A stretch of 64,000 bases of DNA from Mayamaea pseudoterrestris. Taxonomy: Eukaryota. Below, piece by piece: positions 36,224 to 46,544 of this stretch; the stretch's first letter is position 1, and the number at the start of each line of letters is the position of its first letter. Below the pieces are notes generated by a model. It did not search any database. It was not told the DNA's origin and saw only the letters and a list, made by a program, of their open reading frames with translations. Position numbers and translations under genes: made by a program. The stretch lies in the NCBI GenBank assembly GCA_027923505.1, contig BROI01000009.1, forward strand, positions 930,001 through 994,000. Reading direction: 5' to 3'.

Positions 36224-37249
36224 ATGGACCACGAGAACAGCTCGATGGCGATCGAGTTCGTGTTGAATCACTTGAGCACGGCGATCCAACAGATTGTCGA
36301 GCCTCGCCGAAAGGAAGATGATACCTTCGCCATCTTCTTTATGCGCATCGCTCAAGCTAACGCTGACCTTTCATACGAAGCTGCCGACAAGATGAAGGCA
36401 GAGCTCCGTGCTTACAAATTGACCGACGTTTCCTTCCAAGACGTTCACCATTTTGGTGCCAAGTTCCTCAACACTGAGCGCCAGCTTCACAATGGCAAGC
36501 GCTGGGACCATTCCCTTGGATTAATCTTCATTAGAGAGCTTTCCACGTGTCCTTCGGAGGTGATGCGCGTTACGTTCATTGGCATTGGAGAACGGTACGA
36601 CACTGCCCTTCGTGAAATCAATCCCCTCTCCTACGACGAGCAGCGCACCCGCATGTTCAGTTTAAACGTTCATATCTCCCAGTTGGTTGAACGCGCTGAT
36701 GATCTTTACGCTCAAATCAAAGCAGTTGATGGAGGATGGCCTCCGCTTGTCAATATCGTCGACAAGAAAGCGCCCGATATCAACTCGTTGACGAAACTCA
36801 GTCACGCCGAGCAAGCTGCTCTCATCTCAAGCGGCCAAGTGGATATCAACAACCTCGTTCAATCCAAGGTCAAAGAGCTCCGCACAAAGGACAAGAAGCA
36901 GTTGGAGGCTTACAAGAAGCGATTCGCCAAGCAGTCGCCAACTGGCGACACCAAGGCTCCAAACACGACTCCTTCTGGCGATTCCACCAAGACCGCCGAA
37001 AAGCGAGCTGAACGCCCTTTACCAGCATGGCGCACAAAGCCGCCGGCTGCCAACAATAAAGATGAAGTCAAGGAGGTTGGCAAGTACAAGTTCCAGTGGT
37101 GCGACAAGTGCTCCAAGTGGGTGTGGAATCATACGTCTGCAACTCACAAATCCAAGTCGCCCGAGGCAAACAACTTCATCCTTGCCGACTCCGCCAACGT
37201 GTTTGAAGAATTCACCGACTACGCTCCCTTCGCTGACAGTCAGGAATGA
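36224..37249 (+). CDS. gag: Copia Gag (probably N-terminally deleted)
   Basis: Lies after the PBS. C-terminal W..KPP...WCDKC..W.WNH....H zinc-knuckle variant. The frame is open upstream of the ATG back into the PBS. Confidence 0.8.
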   Translation: MDHENSSMAIEFVLNHLSTAIQQIVEPRRKEDDTFAIFFMRIAQANADLSYEAADKMKAELRAYKLTDVSFQDVHHFGAKFLNTERQLHNGKRWDHSLGLIFIRELSTCPSEVMRVTFIGIGERYDTALREINPLSYDEQRTRMFSLNVHISQLVERADDLYAQIKAVDGGWPPLVNIVDKKAPDINSLTKLSHAEQAALISSGQVDINNLVQSKVKELRTKDKKQLEAYKKRFAKQSPTGDTKAPNTTPSGDSTKTAEKRAERPLPAWRTKPPAANNKDEVKEVGKYKFQWCDKCSKWVWNHTSATHKSKSPEANNFILADSANVFEEFTDYAPFADSQE

Positions 37250-40200
37250 CTTGAATGCGGAAGGACGCCGCCTCTTCTTCTCTTTGTTCAAGCGTTTTGT
37301 TTCAAGACTGCCTTCGCCCGGTTCATCCTCAAGCCCGTCGCCGCCATGCTCCTCTTGGCTGCATTGAGTATGCTTCCTACCGTCCTACCAGCCGTTCTTG
37401 AATCATTTTGCGCCTGCGCAACGAGTGGACTTGCGCTCAATCAATGGTTCTGGTCTACGACTCTCGCCAACGCCTCTACGTTTGCCTGCACGGCGCTCCG
37501 CTTTTCGCGCGCTCCGCTCGCTCTTCCAACGTTTCTTCGCTGGTTTTGGTTTGAGTTACTCACGACTACGCTCGAGAGGGAGATGATGTTGCTGTGGATG
37601 ACAGTTATCCTCGAAGCATTAGCTCTTTCCTATCACCTTTCTCCGAGTCGCCCGCAACCAACTAGAGACAAGCTCCGTCAAAAACAAAAACACTACGACA
37701 AACGCAAGAACTCTACTGACGAACGTCAACTTTCCGTCCAATCAAAACGCCGCATTCGCCAACAGAAACGATTGAAAAGAACGCTCCGTGTCCCACTCAT
37801 CTATAGCTATCACCGTTCCTATCCAACAAGATTGCGCAGCGACGGCGTCTATCGTCAAAGAGTCCATTGCCCTCGTTTCGAGACCCTTCCAGATGCCAAG
37901 ACTGTTCCCATTGAAGTCATTAAAGGGTACAATGGCTTGTTTACGACCCTCGTCGAGTCCAAGGCATGCCGATGGATCGACAATCCCATCTCCCAATTTA
38001 ATTCCCTCGTCGAGTACCCCAGCCTCATGGATTACCTTGGCGCGCTCGCTCCACTCGAGTTCAACAACGTTACTTTCCAAGCAGACTCTACAGTCAATGA
38101 CTTTGCCTTCTCTCCAAGCAATGCTGCTCGATCCTCCACGTTCGAAATCATTCACGACAGCGGCGCTTCTGCAACCGTCGCCAATCACTTGGATGACTTC
38201 GTCCCTGGTACTTACCGCAAGAGCACAAAGAAGATCATTGCTAAAGGCCTCGCATCTGGATTGCAAGTAGTCGGCCATGGCATAATTGACTGGACCCTTG
38301 ATGGCAACGATGGCAAGCCTCTACGAGTCCGTTGTCAAGCTCTCTACATACCCGACAGTCCGCGCAAGTTACTGTGTCCCCAACAGTACACTCGATATCA
38401 CAAGCTACACGATCGCGAGGCGAATTTAACGTTTGCTATTAATGGAGAAGGATTCTGGTACTTTGATCTACACAAACAAGGACGCCCGTCCCTTCTTCAC
38501 GGCTCGCTCGATCCAGTCACCAACCTACCGACTTCTACAGCCATTGCAACTCAAGATAGTCCTGAAACCCTTCATGCTGAGTTTAATGCATGTGTAACAG
38601 ACGCTCGAAACGCCAACTTGTCGCCCGCGCAAAAGCTTCTTCTTCAATGGCATTTCAAGTGCGGCCACGCCAGCTTCCGCAGCATTCAAAACCTTCTACG
38701 CTCTGGTCGCCTCGCTACAAGCGATGAGATGCGCAAGCTCCATAAAGCAGCAGCCTCCTGTGAGATCCCGCGGTGCGCTGCTTGCGAGTTTGGCAAGGCG
38801 AAACGCCGACCCGCGCCCGGAACGAGTCGTCAACCAACGCCTCGAGCCGATGGATCGCTCAAGCAAGGAAAGCTTCGACCAGGACAACAAGTCTCCGTTG
38901 ATCATTACATCTGCAGTCAAAAGGGACGCCTCTATACATCTCGCGGCAAAACGTCGACCGACTCAATGTTCAGCGGTGGCGCGCTCTTTGTCGACCACGC
39001 AAGTGGATACGTCTTCGTCGACCATCAAGTTGTTATGAACACTCATGAAACCCTTCGCTCCAAATGGAACTTTGAAAAGTTTGCAAGAGACTGCGGCGTT
39101 TCAATTGAAAGCTACTTGTCTGACAACGCTGCGTGTTTCACCAGTCACGAGTACACTGAGCATCTTTCCAAATTCAAGCAGACGACTGTCTTTGCAGGCG
39201 TCGGCGCTCATCATCAAAACGGCATTGCAGAACGAAACATTCAAACCATTATGAACATGGCAAGGACGATGCTTATCCACGCTAATATGCATTGGACTGA
39301 CGTTGATGATATGTCGCTCTGGCCGATGGCTGTCGACTACGCAGTTTACATCTTCAATCGAATGCCAAACGTCGCCACTGGCCAAGCTCCCATTGATATC
39401 TTCACTGGTACCATCTGGGCAAGTCACAAGTTCCATCATCTCCACGTTTTTGGATCGCCCGCCTACGTTCTTGATCCTCGCATGCAAGACGGCAAGTCCA
39501 TTCCTCGTTGGAAAGTGCGCTCACGCCGCGGGATCTTTGTCGGCTTCTCCAGCAAGCACTCGGCTACAGTTCCTCTTGTCCTCAACTTGAATACATTAAC
39601 CATCAGTCCTCAGTATCACGTTACGCATGACGATTGGTTTACTACAGTTGACGCTCTTCCTGATTCGCCTCCAAATTTTACGGACGACAGATGGACGAGT
39701 CTCTTTGCGACAAGCAAGTACATGTATCCGTTCGACGACGATGACCCCCTTCCTGCTCTCAATCCTGAGTGGGAGGACAACTTTGATGCCTCAGCTGCTC
39801 GCCAAGATGCTATACATGCAGCACAGACTCCTTCTACCGCTCCAGTTTTACCTGCTCCCGCCGCTCCGCCCGCGGTTGCTCCAGTTCCTTCCAATGATTC
39901 TCCGCCCATTCCAGGCGCTCCGCCTACGAATCAGAGGGAGACAAGGCCTCCTGAAATTCATTCGCCTCCAGAAACTACAGAACCACAGCTTCAGAGGGAG
40001 CAGAGGGAGCATTTAGATCACATTGATGGCAATCCTTTGCGCTCGTCCGCACCAACACCGCGTGTCGCAGCCGATGTCACAGTCAATCCCAGTCCACCAA
40101 ACGCATCAAACGAGTCCACGATCCCGACGACAGCTCCCACGCTCGCACAACAACAACAACAAGCAAGTGATCCTCCTTTACGTCGCTCTGCACGTTTACG

Positions 40201-41935
40201 CGATCGTCCTCCTGAGCCAGTTATTACTCGAGCTCAGCGCCTTCGCCATGCTCGCGACGAAATGATTGAAACCAATATGCTGTTAGCAGAGCATGCGCAC
40301 GCGGAATACCCTTACTCAATTGGTTTAACGCAAGTGCTACTCGCCTCGACCAACGATCCCGACACACTCCGCTACGATGAAGCGATGCGCGCTGATGACT
40401 CTGAAGAGTTCAGGAAAGCCGCAGGAATAGAGATCAAGTCGCTCGAAGACCATGGAACGTGGGTTGTCATACCAAGGACCGAGGTTCCTCAAGGAAAGCA
40501 AATCATTCCCGGCACGTGGACCTTTCGCCGCAAGCGAACGCCCAGCGGTGAGCTCAAGAAACACAAAGCTCGCTTCTGCGTTCGAGGAGACCTACAGAAG
40601 GACGTATTCGAAACGTTTGCCCCAGTCGTTCAATGGAGCACCGTTCGTGTCCTCATGGTATTCGCCTTGACGTTCGGATACAAAACCAAGTGCATTGATT
40701 TCACCAACGCTTTCGTTCAGGCAGAACTAAAGGATCCAATCTACATTCAATTCCCTCGCGGCTTTCAACACAAAGACGGTCATCAATCAAGCGATTACTG
40801 TTTAAAGTTGCTCAAGTCGTGCTACGGAACGAAGATCGCCCCAAAGCTCTTCTACGAACACTTACGCGACCGACTCGTCGAACTCGGATTCACTCAAAGC
40901 TTCTTCGATCCCTGTCTCTTCTACCGCAATGGACAAATCATCGCCTGTTACGTTGACGATTGCATCTGCGTCGCCCGTACCGACAAGGAGCTACAGACCA
41001 TCATCGACGACCTTCGCTCCAAGTTCACGCTCACCGAAGAAGGCGATCTCAGTCAATATCTTGGCATTGATATAAAGCGCTCTGGCAAGTCTTTCACGCT
41101 CACTCAAACGGGTCTGATCGACAGTATCATTCAAGCTACTGGAATGGAGGCTGCTAACGGAGTCTTCACGCCCGCCAATGACACGCTCGGCAAGAACGCC
41201 GATTTACCTGATCATCAAGAGAGCTGGAGCTACAACTCGCTAATCGGCAAGCTTCTTTATCTCGCTGGTAACTCGCGTCCTGATATTGCTTTCGCTGTCA
41301 ATCAATGCGCAAGATTCAATCACTGTCCTAAAAAGCCACACTTTGACGCCGTTAAACGCATCGTCCGCTATCTCATCAAGACTCGCGAACAAGGACTCAT
41401 CATGACGCCCGAAGGCAACCTCACGGTTGACTGTTACGTTGATGCCGACTTTGCTGGTTTATATGGAAAGGAAGACGGACAAGATCCAGTGTGCGCTCAA
41501 TCACGTACCGGATACCTCATTATGCTCGGTGGCTGCCCCGTCTTTTGGCAAAGCAAGCTACAAACCGAAATCGCTCTATCTACAATGGAATCCGAGTATG
41601 TTGCTCTTTCTTCAAGTCTTCGCCAAGTCATTCCTATCCAAGCAATCGTCAAGGAAATGGGAAACAAAATGAAGCAACGCATTCAAGTAAACGCGCGCTC
41701 CTACTGCACGGTTTACGAAGATAACGCAGGCTGCCTAGCGCTCGCCAATGCCCCTCATCTTACGCCTCGCTCTCGCCATTACGCTACTAAGTATCACCAC
41801 TTTAAGCACCACGTAAAGCAGGGCACGATCAAAGTCGTTAAGATTGACACCAAGGAGCAACGAGCGGATATCTTTACAAAGGCGCTGCCCCAAGTCACAT
41901 TCGAGCACCTCCGCCGTCTCCTTATGGGATGGTAA
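37250..41935 (+). CDS. pol: Copia Pol polyprotein (protease, integrase, RT, RNase H), in frame with gag after one TGA
   Basis: IIHDSGAS (PR); WHFKCGH..C..C and VSVDH..DN..QNGIAER (IN); KARFCVRGD..YVDD (RT); YVDADFAG..ADIFTKAL (RH). Confidence 0.95.
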   Translation, partial: LECGRTPPLLLFVQAFCFKTAFARFILKPVAAMLLLAALSMLPTVLPAVLESFCACATSGLALNQWFWSTTLANASTFACTALRFSRAPLALPTFLRWFWFELLTTTLEREMMLLWMTVILEALALSYHLSPSRPQPTRDKLRQKQKHYDKRKNSTDERQLSVQSKRRIRQQKRLKRTLRVPLIYSYHRSYPTRLRSDGVYRQRVHCPRFETLPDAKTVPIEVIKGYNGLFTTLVESKACRWIDNPISQFNSLVEYPSLMDYLGALAPLEFNNVTFQADSTVNDFAFSPSNAARSSTFEIIHDSGASATVANHLDDFVPGTYRKSTKKIIAKGLASGLQVVGHGIIDWTLDGNDGKPLRVRCQALYIPDSPRKLLCPQQYTRYHKLHDREANLTFAINGEGFWYFDLHKQGRPSLLHGSLDPVTNLPTSTAIATQDSPETLHAEFNACVTDARNANLSPAQKLLLQWHFKCGHASFRSIQNLLRSGRLATSDEMRKLHKAAASCEIPRCAACEFGKAKRRPAPGTSRQPTPRADGSLKQGKLRPGQQVSVDHYICSQKGRLYTSRGKTSTDSMFSGGALFVDHASGYVFVDHQVVMNTHETLRSKWNFEKFARDCGVSIESYLSDNAACFTSHEYTEHLSKFKQTTVFAGVGAHHQNGIAERNIQTIMNMARTMLIHANMHWTDVDDMSLWPMAVDYAVYIFNRMPNVATGQAPIDIFTGTIWASHKFHHLHVFGSPAYVLDPRMQDGKSIPRWKVRSRRGIFVGFSSKHSATVPLVLNLNTLTISPQYHVTHDDWFTTVDALPDSPPNFTDDRWTSLFATSKYMYPFDDDDPLPALNPEWEDNFDASAARQDAIHAAQTPSTAPVLPAPAAPPAVAPVPSNDSPPIPGAPPTNQRETRPPEIHSPPETTEPQLQREQREHLDHIDGNPLRSSAPTPRVAADVTVNPSPPNASNESTIPTTAPTLAQQQQQASDPPLRRSARLRDRPPEPVITRAQRLRHARDEMIETNMLLAEHAHAEYPYSIGLTQVLLASTNDPDTLRYDEAMRADDSEEFRKAAGIEIKSLEDHGTWVVIPRTEVPQGKQIIPGTWTFRRKRTPSGELKKHKARFCVRGDLQKDVFETFAPVVQWSTVRVLMVFALTFGYKTKCIDFTNAFVQAELKDPIYIQFPRGFQHKDGHQSSDYCLKLLKSCYGTKIAPKLFYEHLRDRLVELGFTQSFFDPCLFYRNGQIIACYVDDCICVARTDKELQTIIDDLRSKFTLTEEGDLSQYLGIDIKRSGKSFTLTQTGLIDSIIQATGMEAANGVFTPANDTLGKNADLPDHQESWSYNSLIGKLLYLAGNSRPDIAFAVNQCARFNHCPKKPHFDAVKRIVRYLIKTREQGLIMTPEGNLTVDCYVDADFAGLYGKEDGQDPVCAQSRTGYLIMLGGCPVFWQSKLQTEIALSTMESEYVALSSSLRQVIPIQAIVKEMGNKMKQRIQVNARSYCTVYEDNAGCLALANAPHLTPRSRHYATKYHHFKHHVKQGTIKVVKIDTKEQRADIFTKALPQVTFEHLRRLLMGW

Positions 41936-41995
41936 AGTTGCTCATCTTCTCTGTTATTTGTCTCTATGTCTATAACATCGATCCAAGAGGGAGAG

Positions 41996-42294
41996 TCGAA
42001 ACAATTAAGGTTCAGGCCCTGCCAGTGTCCGTTTGTTTCGGTTGATCCTCATGGCTGGATATCTGTTAATATCCAGTATCTGTGAATACTCACGTTACTT
42101 AAGCTACAGAAGCAAGCCGACGTTACCAACACGTCGGCAACGGTCCCCTTAAAGTAGCGGTAACAACTAAATCAAATCATTCTATTGCAAAGTACACGCA
42201 ATCGTCTCGTTCCCCTCTTCTTACCAAGTTAGCAGACTGATCATCTTCTACTTGACCAAGTACTCAAGGTAACTCGACACAAGTTGCATTGATA
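41996..42294 (+). repeat. 3' LTR (about 300 bp)
   Basis: Begins right after the polypurine tract and ends where identity to the 5' copy ends. Contains hairpins CTGGATAT/ATATCCAG and GCCGACGT/ACGTCGGC. Confidence 0.75.
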
Positions 42295-43580
42295 CGGACA
42301 TATATGCTCCGCTTGTCGCCGAAGCAACTGCCATCTCGAACCTCGAGCATCGATCTTGCCTTGCTGCAAAAGAGCAATTGATCGACAGCCTCTATAACGA
42401 AGCATTACATTCACTAGCATGACCATGTACTACATGAATCGTAAACGTTGCGATGGAAGATTTCAGCGTGATGTGATTTTTAGTCGCTTGCTGAGCAAGA
42501 GCAAGGCGACGATGCGTTGGAGTTGTTGGTGACAAGCGGCGGACTCTGCTCAACCATTTCGACCAGCAGCAACGCAAGCTGCAAAGCGTAAACGATCGTT
42601 ACTTCACATCATATTCGCTCCCTCTTCTTTGATATGTCGATTGCCCCGATTACATCAAGAGTGGATAAAATGAGCAGTGTTCCATCCACATCCGCACGAC
42701 GGTAATCCAAAAGCAAATAGAGAATGTCCAAGAATGGAAAGCCAACAGTTTCAACAAATCGATTTGGATCATGTGGAGCTTAATGGAGTCTGATCGTGGG
42801 GGCGCGGTCAAAGAAGCGATAGCAGAACGGACGATTGGCACTCGCTTTCCAGTTTTCTTCGCCAACGGAGGTTCAAGTTATTGAGTCTGATAACGAGAAG
42901 TCAACGGCGTCTACGCTTTCACTGAGTGTCACAGCAAGTGCATTGTTTGGAAGGGAAACGCAAGTGAGACGACGCACTGATCTATTGTTGGCAGCAGAAA
43001 CCAACGAGAGTAAAACGCATTCGCTACTTGTCTCCGCTCTTCGGCCGCGAGTCTTTTGCCTCTAGAACCCACGTTTGTTGCTAGAAGTCCAAGTCGATGA
43101 CTGTCGTCAATAATAACTTGCTGACTGTGCGGGTAAAGGACTGCTCATCTGCACTTCGAACTACGGTAGTCAAACGAGTTGAACCCTTGTACATAGTCAG
43201 CTATACTCATTTTCATACGGTGCTCGGGCCATCACTCAACATTTAATCTGAGCAAACAGCAACACCGCTTGATTGTTTAAACGATTGCTACAGCACTTCT
43301 ATAAGGTTAAAAATGGAATGCAGTTTCCACAAGGAAGAGCTACAGGCATCCCCTCGGTATATCTTTTGCGACCCAATGACAAGACTGAAAGTGATGTCGT
43401 ACCAACACTCACAACGCCATGCGCGCAATGATTTTTCGATCGAACCCGGATCTACGGTACAAATCCTACGTCCCGTCTACGTGAACGGAAAACATTGCAT
43501 TCTCCAAATCGCCCTCGCTGCATCATCATTCTCTTCATCGTCAAACAGCATCATTCTCTTCATCGTCAAACAGCATCACC

Positions 43581-46352
43581 ATGTCATTTGAGCAGCAGCA
43601 AAAGCCAAAACGACGCCCCGGACTCTATGATTTAGCCGAAATGCGCGTCGTTGCTCCAGCGTTCACAGTGGAGCAAGTGAACCGCTGGCTGGCCGAGCAA
43701 CGATTCATGGAGCAGCCGCAAGCAACAGCAACAACCAAGACATCGATTGATGCGACAAGCAATGCACCTACGCCTCTGACCTTGCAGCGCAAGCATAGCT
43801 TGGATTCGCTGCTCCAGCCAAGACTGCAGATTGCGTCAAACAATGGACGCATGCCATCCATGGAAGCAACAATTCCAGGAAAGCGAGTCGCTCCAGTCGA
43901 GCACGGAAATTTGGAGGCAAACAAGAGCAATCGAATGACGCATACCGTCGCGTCATTGACCGGAAATGAGAGTAGTGGAGCTACAGCTTCTTTTGGACAG
44001 CCTGCGTTTGGACCGACAGCGGCGGCAGCTGCTACATGTGACTTGCACGAGCACGGGGCGCCGCAGACTAATATGAATGATTTTCGGAGCAACGACAGTA
44101 CAAACAATGATCTGCAGCAGCTGCTGCATGAAGAAGCGACGAGTCGTTCTCAAAAGCAAAAGATTCGCGAATTGGAAGCGATCCTTGGCGATTTTGGTTT
44201 CTGTAGTTTCGATCCATCTTTATTCGTACAGGCTGATGAAAAGGTTGACGCAGACGTTGGTTATATCATCGACAAGATTGGCGAAGTGGCACTACAAGAG
44301 TTGCAAACAAAATGCCTCAACGAACTACTTTCCTACTATTATCGCTGCCTGAACAATGACTATAAAATCCCCACTTCTATACGATTGAATTTGTCGACGG
44401 CTCTTTTCATAAAGACTCGTCGAAGTTTGGTCCTCGGCTTGAAATCGATCCAAGAGTCACCAGTACCGAAACCTACTTACAGTCAGAAAGTAATCGCTTA
44501 CTTGCAGTGGACCATGCTATGTCCAACGAAGCAAAGTGGACATTCCATGACTCAATTCTTGGAGGCTCGCATCGATGTGCAAGAGGAAGCTTTCAAGCGT
44601 ATGGACGCGCCGTTGGTGAAACATGCACGCGACTTGCTCATGATCAAATCATGCAAAAGTTGCGATAAAGCAGGTCGATTGGATCTGGCATGCAAAACTT
44701 GTAAAGGTGAGCGCACGACGGTGGGTCAAAAGCGGTTGAATGACACTTTTTCCGCGCTAAAGCAACTGCATCATGCGCTTGTCAATGACGACTTGAAAGG
44801 AGGGGACGGTAATCCATGGAATTACTGTCTCGCGACTCAGATTCAGAGTCGAAAGCGGATCTCAAGCGCGTTTAGCAACGTCAATAGCGCACTCAAGACA
44901 CGGTTGCTAGCGCGTTTTGATCATATGGAGCATAAGATTCCGTCAGTTGATGGACCTTCGGAATGGTGCCAAGCACTTTACGAGTCATTTTATGATGAGA
45001 ATGTGTTCCATGTCTCCTTTGACAAGACTGTTTACGTGAGCGCGTCGCGTAATCAAGTCCTGTCGACTCGGTATGTTTTCTTTAAAATCGAATTTGCGAC
45101 TCGTACCTTTTTCGTATCGACACTGACGTCTTCTCTATACGACTTCGCAGCCTGGTCAGTCCGGCAGCTGAAATGGAGCTCATGTTTACGGTCTTGACTG
45201 GAACTGCCATTGGCGGCACAGTCACTAACAGAACTGATGCAACTGAAGGCGTTGAGATCGTTGACGACAATGGCGAGAAAGAATCATATGGAGCATGCTC
45301 CCTCCCTGTGATATCTTACGGAAAGTTCATTGATCAATGGTAAGGCATGTGTGGGTGTCGGTGTCTTGTAAAGTAGCTTGCCTCTCATCGTTGGTCATTG
45401 TTCTAGGGGCAAAGAGCGCCTTTGCTGGCTTACTCCGTTGGGTCAGCCTTTGGACGACTGGTTCAAGACGCTGGAGGAAATGGACGAATTGGCAAGAGCC
45501 GAAACCGTCTGTTGCATGTGCACAAGTCTTTGTACCGATTTGTGGAAAATGCAGACTTTTTACGGAATAGTGCAACGAGATTTGAAGCCGGCCAACATCA
45601 TCGTTCTGCCGCGTGTACAAGGTACTGGCAAGAAAGAGGTGCAGCTGACATCGACGAAGCCCTATGCCGTTGACGTGAAATTTGCCGGAGACACGCCGTC
45701 GTACAAATCTGCGGCAAATGCATTCTTGTTCAAAGTCATTGACTACGGCTCGGCTGACTGGATCCTTTCGTTGCGTCCTCATACTGTAACGTCTCCCGAG
45801 GTCAACAATCCAATGCAGCTGTTTGGCTGTCGGACGTTTGCCAATGGCACTGGACACGATCTTTTTCAGCTCCGTTGGATCATCGCTCAAGCTGCCAATC
45901 ATGGTGAAAACCCTGTCGCCACTGTTTTGTGCCCCCATGACATTCGTCTCTTCCTCTATTCGAAAATCGATTTTGGATCCATGGGTTTGCAAGGAACAGA
46001 TAACTATCTGTTGCGCGAACGAGTTGTCGCTTCACTTTACCGATGGTGTGTTTTTACGAGTACAGGCAATCGGTGGGCCATCGACATAATCGAAAAGGAA
46101 TGCCCACATATCGGCAACATTGGCAAAGAATTGGAAAAGAGCAGCAATTTTGTCCGCGACGTCGCCGCTTATTCGTTGAAAACTGGTACCAAGACGGAAC
46201 GAATTCGCAAGAACAAGGTTTTCTTATCCGAAGCTGCAGCGATTCTTGTATTGTCTATGCTGTTGCATCCGAACCCAAATTTGGCGCTTCTTCCCGAAGA
46301 TGTCATCAGATTCTTTCGTCCGTTTTCGGAGTTGCGAAAATCCGGTCGCTGA
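43581..46352 (+). CDS. Divergent protein-kinase-like protein (about 874 aa), 3 exons
   Basis: Introns 45071-45150 and 45340-45406 join the ORFs in frame. LTPLGQPL, QRDLKPANII and KVIDYG motifs; CxxC..CxxC upstream. Confidence 0.7.
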
Positions 46353-46544
46353 TCTCATTGCGTGAGCTACGTCAACACATAAAACGCTTCGTTGCGAGCG
46401 TCGTTGTCGAGATGCTTTAACGTAATTAGCATTATATTTATTGTTCTACTTGTCTTGTAGTCTACGTCGTGAAATAAGTGTCTCGGAATATGAGGCAGTC
46501 ACGATTTAGCGCCAGTCATGCCGTAGTTGGCAATGCTGCACCCC

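Larger units (their letters stand above)
36092..42294 (+). mobile_element. Ty1/Copia LTR retrotransposon (CoDi-like), 5' LTR truncated
   Basis: Domain order PR-IN-RT-RH. Identical 88-bp direct repeats at 36092-36179 and 42207-42294. GGTTAT PBS-like start at 36180. Polypurine tract AAGAGGGAGAG at 41985-41995. Confidence 0.95.
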
